A DNA stretch of 45,499 nucleotides from Klebsormidium nitens (taxonomy: Eukaryota; Plantae; Klebsormidiophyceae): contig DF237620.1 of the NCBI GenBank assembly GCA_000708835.1, positions 1 to 45,499 of the forward strand, read 5' to 3'. This document shows positions 1 to 11,100 of the stretch, in pieces (position 1 is the first letter of the stretch; each line of letters begins with the position of its first letter). The position numbers and the translations under genes are program-made. The notes beneath the pieces were generated by a model, which was not told where the DNA came from, searched no databases, and saw only the letters and a program-made list of their open reading frames with translations.

Positions 1-624
1 CAACTTTTGATCTGCATATGAGCCATTATAGTATAGTGCATCGTTGCCGAAATCGGGTTGGGCGATAGAGGAAGGGTTTTGTTTGAAAATAGCTTGCGTA
101 ATAGAAGCTTTAACGATATGCGCTTTTGAAAGTGTGATATGTGTTTCAGGGTGAATTCTCGAAATCAATGAGGTTAATGGGTTTATTGTAAACTTTATAG
201 CCGATACTCAAGCTGTGCCAATCATGAGCTCCGAAAAGACGGGGGAGTTTCTTAAATCGATGTTTTGTCCTCGATCTTCACATTTTGCGTCGATCATATC
301 CAGATTCCAGACACCCTAATTGAAATAGTCTTGGGTACTTGAATATCTACAAATATATTCGTGCGCCGAGTTGCAGGACTCACGGTCCCAATTTTCTCGT
401 GTACACCTCTAAATCCCATCTGGTACTTTAGTACCCAAGCTTCTATTTGTAAATGGGAGAATGAATCGACAAGAACAAAGAAATCGACGTTCGAGGATTG
501 CTACAAGCTGACGTCATAGATTGCCGACGATCCAGATTCAAAATTATCATTAAACTATTAAGCTCAGATTTTACAGCCCGAACAAAGGGCCTCTCTCTAT
601 AGAAAATTTTCTAATTATCGGTCT

Positions 625-915
625 TGCTTCGCGGGAGGGAGTTCTTTCCACGTTCTTTCCAAGGGCGCCTGCGCCTGCTCTACGCCAAAGGGGCAGCGTT
701 TGTGGTGTTTGCTACTATTTCCCGCTGCCTGGTCACTCGGATAGCCGTTGCACGAGCATCTGTGGTTGAGTATGGCAGGTCTGTTGTAGGGCAAACGGAG
801 GGCAAACGCTGCGCTGAGCTCAGTAGCTCAGTCAAAACGTGACTGAGCTACTGAGGTATTTTTGGAGCCCCCCAATGTGAGGATGTGCATCAAAAGTAAA
901 GAGCGCTTAATGATG
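625..915 (+). repeat. Diverged direct repeat, copy A (upstream of the LRR-RLK)
   Basis: Aligns colinearly with ~4230-4470; 24-nt identical core agcatctgtggttgagtatggcag at 755-778 and 4338-4361, plus shared blocks (ctggtcac, tggagc, gtaaagag). Boundaries approximate. Confidence 0.8.
819..855. repeat. Perfect 16-bp inverted repeat with 5-nt loop
   Basis: ctcagtagctcagtca (819-834) / aaacg / tgactgagctactgag (840-855). Confidence 0.9.
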
Positions 916-1228
916 ATTCGCAGTGCTTGATGAGCACCTGAGCTGTTGAACTATCCCATCAATTGCTCCCATGTACCTTGTGTTGCCCCAGTGTGTTTTG
1001 TACAGCAAATGCTAGTCAATGTACAACCACCATGTGTTACCTTTGGAGACCAATCCTAGGAGCCAAGAAAGGACAGGTTTGCAGTGTCGGTCATCTACCA
1101 TCATCTTTATAGAGAAAATGCTTCATGGGAAGTCAATTTTTCTTCTCCTACCATGAAGATTGCGATTTGGTTGCCTCCACTCATTCAAACTCCATTCCCC
1201 TTGCAGATAGAATCTTTGGACGTGCACC

Positions 1229-3304
1229 ATGGCCAGACCTGCAGCTCATCTAGATGCAAGGATGCTGCTTCTGGTAATTTTGTGGGGGTTTACTCTCGTG
1301 TGCAAAGTGCAGCCAGCCACCATGGAGGATATTGGCAACTTGGTTGCTGGTCCTCTCTGGAGTCAGACCAGGCTCAGTCTGTCTCTGAAGGGCCTCTTAG
1401 GGCCCATTCCCCCGCAGCTCGGCGGTTTGACCAATCTCACCTACCTGGACCTCTCCCAAAACAACCTATTTGGCCCCATTCCGGCAGAGCTTGGCAACCT
1501 CACAAGCCTAACTTATCTGGACCTCTGGGACAACAAAAATCTCTCCGGCCCCATCCCCCCAGAGCTCAGCACTCTGACCAGACTCACCTACCTCGACCTC
1601 TCCTTCAATAACCTTTCCGGCCCAATCCCCTCAAAGCTCAGCAGCCTGCCCAATATCACCACCCTCCTGCTCCAAGTTAATAACCTCTCTGGCCCCATTC
1701 CCCCCGAGCTCGGCCGCCTGACCAACCTCTCGATCCTCGGCCTTGCCGCTAACAATCTCTCCGGCCCCATCCCCCCCCCTCTCTTCAGGCAATCCAATTC
1801 GTCTTTCTACCCAGGGAATTCTGGATTGTGTTGCATAGGGTGCACCTTCAGCTTGCCATGCACTGGGAATCCGCCCCCAGCCATCTTGCCAGCGCCCCCA
1901 AGGTCCCCCCCGCCTCTGCCACCTCTTCTGCCATCTCCTCCTATAGAACCGCCTACTTCCTTACCCCCAGTCTTGCCCCCTATTTACCCTCCTTCGATGG
2001 CGTCCCCCTTCATACTTTCACCAATGCAACCACCGCCTCTCCCTCAAGCTTCACCGCCCTCACCGCCTCCTTCCGTTGGCCCAATAGTGGGTGGGGTCCT
2101 GGCTGGAATTTCTTTTATGCTGGCCCTGGCAACCTTGGGGTTCTGCCTCCACCTTAGGAAAAAGCGCATGTCGAACCAAGGGCCACCGACAGGCCTGGAG
2201 GAAGGGGGGAAGGACGAGTTGCAGAATCAGGCTGCACTAAAACAACCGGCCCCCATAAAGCGTCAGGAGCGCATCACCTTCAAGCAGCTGCAAAAGGCTA
2301 CTGGGAACTTCAACAGCGCCAACGTCATCGGGAGGGGGTCGTTTGGGACTGTCTACAAGGGTGTTCTCGCAGACGGTTCGATGCTTGCAGTGAAACGCTT
2401 GGAAACAAGGCCTGGGCGCAGAGACGTTGAGGAGCGGTCCTGGAAAACGGAAGTCGAGGCTCTGGGTAAGGTTCGGCACATAAATCTGGTGCCCCTTCTC
2501 GGGGTATGCGCGGAAAGAGGGGAGCGGTTGCTGTTCTTCGACTTTTTTATCCGGGGGAGCCTGGACAGGCGGCTTCACCACTCGGCGGCAGGGGGGGGCG
2601 TGCTGACGTGGGGTGACCGGATGAACATCGCAAGGGGGGTTTGCCAGGGGTTGACCTACCTGCACAGCCATATTCGGCCCCCCATGGTGCACCGGGACAT
2701 CAAGGCCGCCAACATCCTTCTGACTGACGGCGACCCCACCGATGCCTGCATCGCTGACTTTGGCCTTGCGCACCTGGTGCAAGACACCGGGGGGAAGACG
2801 TCGACCATGGTTAAGGGCACGGTGCCATATATGGCCCCAGAGTACCTGCACGGGGGTGCTCGGTTTCTGTCCCCCAAGTGCGACGTCTACAGCTTTGGGA
2901 TGTTGTCGCTGGAGCTCATTAGCGGGCGCCCGGTTGTGCGTCAGCTCGAGAGCGGAGTCGTGGAGCGGCTCCTGAAGGTCGCCACGGATCTGGTAATCGA
3001 GGGGAGAGGGTTGGAGTTGGTTGACCCAGCTCTCAGGACGGCTTACAATGCGGAGGAGGCGCGCAACTACATCCACGTTGCACTGGCGTGCATGCGGAGC
3101 GACCCATCCGCTAGGCCCACCATGCAAGACGTCGGCTCCCTTCTCGCTCGAGCCTCGGTTGTGGACGCGAGTTTTATAAAGGAGGAGATATGGGAGTCGG
3201 ACGAGTCGTCCGCGTACTTAGGCAGCCTGGGCTCCTCAACTGCGGAGCGGTCAGCCTATGAAAGCACGGTGCAAGTGGCCTCGAGGTTCCTGATCCCTAG
3301 GTGA
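1229..3304 (+). CDS. LRR receptor-like kinase (signal peptide, ~6 plant-type LRRs, Pro-rich linker, TM helix, RD-type Ser/Thr kinase); uninterrupted ORF, 691 aa
   Basis: Hydrophobic N-terminus (MLLLVILWGFTLVC); repeats LxxLDLSxNNLSGPIPxxL; GNSGLCC cap; poly-Pro tract; TM IVGGVLAGISFMLALATLGFCL followed by RKKR; kinase motifs GRGSFGTVYKG, AVKRL, HRDIKAANILL, DFGLA, GTVPYMAPEY, DVYSFG. Confidence 0.95.
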   Translation: MARPAAHLDARMLLLVILWGFTLVCKVQPATMEDIGNLVAGPLWSQTRLSLSLKGLLGPIPPQLGGLTNLTYLDLSQNNLFGPIPAELGNLTSLTYLDLWDNKNLSGPIPPELSTLTRLTYLDLSFNNLSGPIPSKLSSLPNITTLLLQVNNLSGPIPPELGRLTNLSILGLAANNLSGPIPPPLFRQSNSSFYPGNSGLCCIGCTFSLPCTGNPPPAILPAPPRSPPPLPPLLPSPPIEPPTSLPPVLPPIYPPSMASPFILSPMQPPPLPQASPPSPPPSVGPIVGGVLAGISFMLALATLGFCLHLRKKRMSNQGPPTGLEEGGKDELQNQAALKQPAPIKRQERITFKQLQKATGNFNSANVIGRGSFGTVYKGVLADGSMLAVKRLETRPGRRDVEERSWKTEVEALGKVRHINLVPLLGVCAERGERLLFFDFFIRGSLDRRLHHSAAGGGVLTWGDRMNIARGVCQGLTYLHSHIRPPMVHRDIKAANILLTDGDPTDACIADFGLAHLVQDTGGKTSTMVKGTVPYMAPEYLHGGARFLSPKCDVYSFGMLSLELISGRPVVRQLESGVVERLLKVATDLVIEGRGLELVDPALRTAYNAEEARNYIHVALACMRSDPSARPTMQDVGSLLARASVVDASFIKEEIWESDESSAYLGSLGSSTAERSAYESTVQVASRFLIPR

Positions 3305-4229
3305 TCAACGGCAGGGTAGGACTGGATTGCGTTAATGGGGTAGGTAGAAATTGCACCGTCTTGAGGGCATCCCAATCAATTCGAGTAAGGATCTGAAAGA
3401 GCAGCAGTGAAAATTCTGATTGTCGATGCTGTAGGTAATGATGGAACAACCTCAGGTGTGTAAATGGTTGGAGCGAACTTCGAAAATAACTATCTGCACC
3501 ATCTCCGTGGCAGTCCTTTCGAAAGACTGCGCTATGATGTGTAGAACATGTCTTCCGAACCATACGAACTCGTGGAGGAAGCAGCCGCAAGGATATGTCG
3601 CTGTAGCTTGACGTCCTCCCCGCGCCTTTAGGCTTCCAGCCAGTCCCGCGCTGGAACATTGTTGGACTCAAGACGTATGCTATACACACGTGTCTCAGCC
3701 CTCAAGTTGGCTTCGTACGTTGCCGCCGTGCCGAGGAGCTTGTTTCCCAGTCAATACCTTCGCTCGTTCGCTCGGCCTGAGCCGCGCAAGGAAGGGTTTG
3801 CGTGGAGTCAATGCATTACCCTGTACATTCATATAAAATACAATACCAAAGCAATCAGCGGGTCCTATAATGCGCGCGTGCACTCTCAATCACTTCGGAA
3901 CAGACCGTCCGGGACGGCCTGCGGTTTGGACCCGTGTACGTTCGCAGATGGTCAATCTTCGGACGTAATACTATACGGCTGCATGGGTAGGCAAGGGCAA
4001 CTCACCACCGGGCACTCTGGGACATCCACGAGCACAATGTTGTGCCCCGTACTGTACTTGAATTAGCCACGACATCGACGACTAGAAAAAGAAGCCAAGA
4101 TTAAGAGCCCGATTTGGCCTCTAAAGTGGCGTCATGGCCATTTTGCGTGTAACCCAGCGGGTGGCATGCAAACAGAAAACAGAAAATTGATCTGGACTTC
4201 CAAGATCTCGGAAAGTCACTACCTTTACT

Positions 4230-4470
4230 TCTTCCTTCGCGAGAGGAAGAACCTGCAGTGCTTGATGGCAAAGAGGCAGCTTCTGGTGTCGGCTACCAGT
4301 TCCGCTGCTGGTCACTTGGCCGGGTAGCCCTTGCACCAGCATCTGTGGTTGAGTATGGCAGACTTGTTGTTGGGCAACGCGAATGAGCGGAGTTAATTTG
4401 TGACTGCGGTGTTTCTGGAGCACCCCCTGCGAGTATGTGCCGGGTTAGAGGTAAAGAGTGCTCAACGAGG
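4230..4470 (+). repeat. Diverged direct repeat, copy B (downstream of the LRR-RLK)
   Basis: Same alignment as copy A; lacks the 819-855 hairpin. Confidence 0.8.
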
Positions 4471-5116
4471 TTTCTGAGGGCTTGCTTAGGTATCTTCAGC
4501 CGTCGATCTTTAGGGTTCGACTCAATCGAGCCGCTGCGCTTGACTCAAGATGACGATAGATTGCTCAGACTCATGTAGTGCGGACACTGGAGACATGCCG
4601 GACCCGAAAGTTGCGGATGCAACTTTCTGTCCGTTGAGAGAGAAGCCGCGTTATGGCGGTTCAGTGAGAACCTCAAACAGAGCTTCTTCCATGAGTGCCA
4701 AATCAGAGATTCTCTGAGCAATTGTGTTATTGCTCTTGTATGCAGCGAGGCGAGGTTGGCGGTGTACCAATCAACTATTGCATCATTCATTAAGCGGAGT
4801 GCTTATATCTGCAGCTAGCTGATTTGTTGTGACTAGGATTAGCATGTGATGCAATTCGTAGATGAGACAAGAGACATGATGGCGCCGAGGCGTTGCCGCA
4901 GCAATACAGCACCGCACGACATGGCTGCATGGTATCATTTCAAGAACGCAGCTTGCAAGGCCCCAGATAAAAGGTCACAGTGCTGAATCGGACATTTCGA
5001 CCACAGTCAGGTTGCTCTCTCGGTGAAAGGGATTTGTTCTACGGACCCCTTCGTCGCGGACCCGAAGCATGATGCGGCCCACCATACGATGTTCTTACAA
5101 TGGGAGCTATGCGAGA

Positions 5117-8100
5117 CTAATCCTGAGAAGAAGCCGAGTATTCGAGTAAGACTTTGTTGTCGACGTACGGCACGCTACTGAAGAGGGCGCGTAACCGGCT
5201 GCTCAGCTGGTAGAGCAACGTCCACTGAGTCGTCATCTCGGACTCTTTCATCTGGCGCTGAATGTGCGCCTGCAATTCAAAAGCTGCTTGTGAGATGGGT
5301 GGACCAAAATGAGCACGATGAGCACTCCAAACGAGCAGATGATGGCTCGTGTGAGAACGATGTTGGCTCCGTCGTCGGGGATGCAACATATTGTCGAAAA
5401 GCGTTCCAGAATCTAGCGACTTTGCCGCTTTACGAGGATTGGCAACAAGTGTCCTTATGGAACTGACGGCGTGCGGATTATTTCAGACCCAGCACGGACT
5501 GCACCAGGAGCGATATCGTGCATAAAAGCTCTACCAGGCTTTCTTTTCGTTCCCACATGGTGTCTGGGTATCCAGATACATCAGGCCTGGAGTGCCGTTA
5601 AGCGGCCTTCAAGCTAAGCGCACTTTCAAGAATCGACAACAAAGAATCCGAAGGATAACAAAGAGTCACGCCTCACCCGGACTTTCTTTCCAAGCTGCAC
5701 TTCGATTTCGTAGCCAAGATTGAGATTTGAAAGGCTTTTGAAGGGGTCCGTTGTCGGATCGAGTGACAGGAGGTTTGGAATCTGAGGGGCCGACACCAGC
5801 CGCCAGCGTGCCTGCAAAATCTACATTTCATCAGAGCCGTCGATCGCCGCCCTGAAGCGATGGGAGCCGTACATCTGGGCAGGTCTGATGAAAGGAGGAG
5901 TCGACATGAGCAACAATGGAAGCCGGTCTTCCGGATAGCGGACACCGGTCTGCGCCTATCCAGATGGGTCTCGAGAATGTGGCTCAACTGGTTTCAACAG
6001 AATGTACAGGAACGCCAAGGGCTGAGTTCTTGCAACTTGCCAACCGCTGAGGCGAGCAAGCGGCCAGGAATGCCTCTCCCATTCAGGCATCCAGAGAGAG
6101 AGCTCTTAGAAGGTCGAGGCCTGTCATGCTGAAACCCAACTGTTTTTCGGGAATTGGAGCTTAACCTTAGGCAAATGGATTCTTCCGGTCGGTTTCCTGA
6201 CGTAACAGCGACGTGTCCTGAACCCGAAGAATCCGAAAGCCTGGAAATGTGAATGTCGATCACTTCCCTGAAAGGTCCGGAAGCGCGCGCCTCCACTTTG
6301 GGCACTCAGACGCGGCATTGAAGCCCCAAAAATGGATTTCTGTGACAAGCAAACCTTGAATGCTATGAACCTGAAACCCAGAACCTGAAAACGTAGTCGC
6401 CGACTTACTTAGCCGGTGCAAAAGCGCGCCTCCACTTTAGGCAACAAGTCGCATCGAAACCCTCGAAAGCTGGATTCGTAATCCTGAAACCTTGAAATTG
6501 TAAACATGGCTTATTGTTTCCCTCTTTTTTTTTGTAAGTGCGAACAACGCCCGCTCACCTGGCCAGTGCGGAAGCGCGCCTCCACCTTAGGCATCACGGT
6601 GCTGATGGTCGACGCTGCGAGGTTGGCGAACGCGATCTGCCCGTCCTCCTCCAACAGTGCGCTGGCCAGCTGGCTCTCGAACACTTTCGCAGTCTGCACA
6701 CAAGAAGAAGGACTTCGAAAACAAAAGAGGAACTTCGCGGTTCTCGTTCTGAGCGAGCATTAAAAGTTGAGCTATTCGATGACCCAAACCGCGGTCGAGG
6801 AGGCAAACGTTCAGTTGACGAAGACAACCCTCTCCGACGAGAATCGTGGGGGCCGGAAATAGATTTTAAGGAACGCACTATATGGACCTTGGATTACGGC
6901 TCCGTTCAGTCTGGTCACTGCCCGGAGGGCCGGTCAACTCTTTGATGGTTGAAAAGTGTTATAGGTGCAAAGGATGTTAGCCTTGGGTTGAAGCTTGTAG
7001 TTAACGTGAAGGCTCGGGGATGGTGCAACTCAACCTTAGGCCTAATCCGACGAAAGTTGATCTGCTGAATGCTCACTCCTGTTAGCGAGAGCGCCTCTGG
7101 CGTCTTCCTTCGGCTTGCATACTTAAACATGGGTGTTGAGCCCGGAAAAGAATCGGTTTATCTGTCAGTGTGACCCTTGGCGCTGATGCAACTCAACCCA
7201 AGCCTAACCCAACGCAAAACCTCTCATCAAAAGTAAATGCTCACCGCTGTTGGCGAGAGCGCCTCAGCGTCTTCTCCGGCCTTGACATACGTCACCACTA
7301 GATTGTCCTGCCAGTTGGTGGATCGGCCCTTGATCATCAGCTGCAAATCGGACCCCACCAATCGGACGTCCAGATTGGGGTCCATTCCCTGCAGGAATGA
7401 ATTGGGTGTGAATAGGCTCCTTGCTATTGAAGTTATTCTAGTTCCAGGGTGGATGTCAATCTGGGGAACTTTGTCCGTTGCTGTCCAAGCACACCAATCG
7501 GACGTCCAGATCATGCCCATTTTCTGCAGGAGCAAAATCAAAGGTGATTGGGCTCCTTGGCGGTGTGAATACTTGCACCGAATTTGAGTCTCATATCGGA
7601 AATTTTCGTACGTCAGAAGCGTAAGCGTAAACGTCAGCTGTAGGTCCGAGCGCACCAACGGAACGTCCGCCAACGGAACGTTCACCAACGGAATGTCCAC
7701 GATTCTTTTTGCCAACGGAACGTTCATAGTGTGTTCAATACTTTGTGAAGGTCAAAGTGTTGTTCCGCCTGATTGCAGCCCTTCCATGCACTCCGCTGAC
7801 AACAGCCTCAGGTGCCATGCGTGCAGAAATTTCAAAACTTCGACTGGGATAAGGTCCACCACGCCGTTTCATTAGAGGACGGATCCTCAAATTATCGTTC
7901 ACATTTTTAGTCCTGATTATGAGGACATAGTCCTGATTATAACAGCCAACAAATTCTGGTCGCTCATCATTCGCTCGGCTTACGCAGTGCCGGCACCGCT
8001 TTGATAACTCTCATAGATTCTTTTGTGCCAAACAAACGGCTGACTTTCACCTGCTCCGGAAGGAAGACCGCCTTGTTCTGGTGGTCCCGATTGAGCTTGA

Positions 8101-11100
8101 CCTGCGTCGCCACCAGGTTGACGTCACCGTTCTCAAACAGGATCGTCCCCCGGGGCTTGATCAGCAGCGGATCCGCAATTCCGTTCAGTTCCAGCTCGCC
8201 GGAAACGCCAAAGTTGAGGAAGAAGGGGTACGCCACACGGAGGTCGGGGCCTAAGATGACCTTGAAACCCTGCAGTAGAAATAAGTGGTTGATGATCCAG
8301 CGCTCAATTGTGGAAGCAATGGCGTCGCGAGGGGAAAGGACGATAAGACAAGGGGCCCCGTACGGCTGTATCCCTTGCGATACAACAATGCACTAATAAG
8401 CGCCGTCGTTTCAGCGAAGTACATTTCGCTTTTCCGAAGGCAATCAGGCTCAATTGTGGCAGTCGCCAAAACTCTTGCGCAATCCTAAGTCTTTTCGAGC
8501 AAGGCCACAACAGAAATTCCTTAACACCCTTCGCCGATGAGGTGTTAAATCAATCAGGATCTTCACGGACGACGCCATTCCCCTTGATATTCGCACAGCG
8601 CATGACGTGGTCGTATCTTGAGCCCTGCGCGCACTGTCAGCTTGGTGCTGACGTCAGCACGACATGACCCCAACTTGACATCTCAAGGTTTCAGGGTCAA
8701 AACTTATTGGTCAAACAACCGTGATTTTGCGGTTTGTTCTCCCTTGACCCTGACTCTAACCAAGACCTGAGTGCTGACCTCAGCACCACTTTAAAAGCTC
8801 AACCGGCAACTCCCCGCTTCTTATGAATCTCGCCGTGCAACACTTTTCGAACTTCCTCACAAAGGTCCACGGTCTTCGTACCCTGTAGCCGCACCGGCAC
8901 CTCCACCTTGGTGCTGACGTCAGCGTCAACCTAATCTTCTGCGAGCGACCAGTTGAGCTTTCCTCTTGGCGTTTCGGCTATAAAAGCATCACTTTCCAGA
9001 GTTTTGAAGTTCGAACCGACTCAATGCATGTACGGGCCGCCCACCTTCAGCCGAACCGGCACCGGAACCTTGGTGCTGACGTCAGCGTCGACCTCCTCCT
9101 CTGCGAGTGGCCAGTTCAGCAGCACCTCGGGCGTGCTTATTGGTATTCCGTGGACCAGCGGCAGGTTCCGCAGGGCGTCGGTAGCAGCAGAGGACGTCCG
9201 CAACGACTTGGACTTGGCCGGGGGGGCGTCGTCCGAACCAGAGGTCTGCGGGCTCTTCTCCTGCGGGAAAGGATTGCGAACCGTGGTTTGTTGATGTCCA
9301 ATTTTCCAGAAAACCACATCGTTGTTCAGCGACAAAGCGGACGTCCGCAAAGATTTGGACTAGAGGTTTTGGGGCTCTTTTCTTGAAAATCAGTTCCAAG
9401 CGACGTTGTTTGAAACCGTGACGTTCGACTTGACTTGCCAGCGCAGCGCATCCGGATCCGAGGTATGCGGGCTTGTTTTGCTTCGCTACTTCAGAAAACG
9501 CCAGTGCAACCCAAAACCCAACGCTTGAGTCTCGATGTTGGATTGACTCAGGCATACGTTGATTTAGATCAGTTGCCCCGAATCACACACATTAAACCGT
9601 AGGCCCAAGGTTAATCTGCTCCACACCCACACCCGTCTTTAACCCCAAAACGTGCCCACCCGTCCCAAGCACAGTGACCGGTCTCAACGTGGCCGTAATT
9701 CAACACGGTCTCGACAGTTCTTGATAAAATTAGTGATAATCAAGAGTTTCAATCTGATAGTCTGATCAATTGCTCACTGGGGATAGCAGCGCCTGGCCCT
9801 TGCTGAGGCGCACGTTTCCGGCGACCTCCGGCTCCGTCAGGCATCCCGTCAGCTTGATCACCGCGTCCAAGAGACCGTTGTACACGCTCTTTGCGCGCAC
9901 CTGCTAACCATGGTTTGACACGTGTCAAGCTTCGCGACTTGATCCTGGCGGTAGCATGGGATTCTCGGCCGAAGCAGGATAGAAGAAATACTACCACCTG
10001 CCCGACTAAAACAAAACCGCTTAAGTCCATAAAATCCAGAAGCAGCCCCCTTTTGAGTGGTCACTTGTCGGTGCAAATCTATGAAGTCCTGTGCGCCCTC
10101 AGGGTCTGCAGGCACGAGCCAGCCAAAGGCTCACGTTTGAGCAGCTCCGTTTGCGCTCAGGGCAGGCCCTAACAGACTGCCTCCGAGCAACGTGCCAAAC
10201 TTGGTACAAAATTCCGTGGGTTATGGGCAATCTGCTACTGAGTGAGATGGGCTCCAAAGTGGCGGATTGCTTGGAAGATGCAGTATTGGAACGGCCAAAC
10301 GGACTCACGGCGTGCTACAACACGGAATAGGAGAGGAAACGACGGCGGCGCTTGCACATAACTTCAAGCCTCTGTAAGCAGAGAAGAGCCCCCGCTCACC
10401 TCGAAGCTCTCCGTCCGGACTTCCAGAGCCTCCCCCGGCTTGGTCGCAGCGGATTCCGCCGGCAGCAGCGGAATGGCGCCCTTCACTTTGAGCCGTCCGC
10501 TCCGCCCCACTCGCCCCTCGAGCCAGTCCACTAAGAGCTTGTTCTCTTTGACTTCCATCGAAGCGGAGATGCTAGACAGGGGCTTTGGAAGAACGGGGGA
10601 GCGCATTTTTCCCTTGGAAATGGTGGCCATGCCGTTGGCGATCGGTTGGCTGAACGTCCCCCGGATCTGAGAAGTGGAACAGAACTTTGATTTTACAGGG
10701 TCTTAGCGATTTGAAAATGGGTCAAATGGAAAGGATTTGAGAAGTAGGGACACATCTTGCCCTTGGGAAATGGTGCCCAAGCCGTTGGCGATCGGTTGGC
10801 TGAACGTCCCCCGGATCTGCAAAATGAGAATACGGTTCAATGGTCCCAAAGTCAGCTTTTAGCGGTCTGGAAAGAGTTCTTCAATCCAAGGGGTTCGGGA
10901 GGCAGGGGCGCAATCTGCCTTTGGAAATGGTGGTCACGCCGTTGGAAGTGAGCAGGCTAAAGATTCCGCGGATCGATGCGGAGGATAGGCTTGTATAAAT
11001 GTAATCTTGCAGAAATTCAGGTTTGAAAATGGACAGAAGACAGCAGAAGGAGCACGGACGACCGCGCCTTGCCTTATGAGTGGTGCTATGCCATAGGCGG

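Noticed and set aside
330-439. 10-bp inverted repeat (cttgggtact / agtacccaag) enclosing ~90 bp, MITE-like
   Set aside because: Single copy in the window, short TIR, no clear target-site duplication; needs a genome-wide copy search.
2237-3127. 296-aa minus-strand ORF
   Set aside because: Antisense shadow of the GC-rich kinase CDS; no independent motifs.
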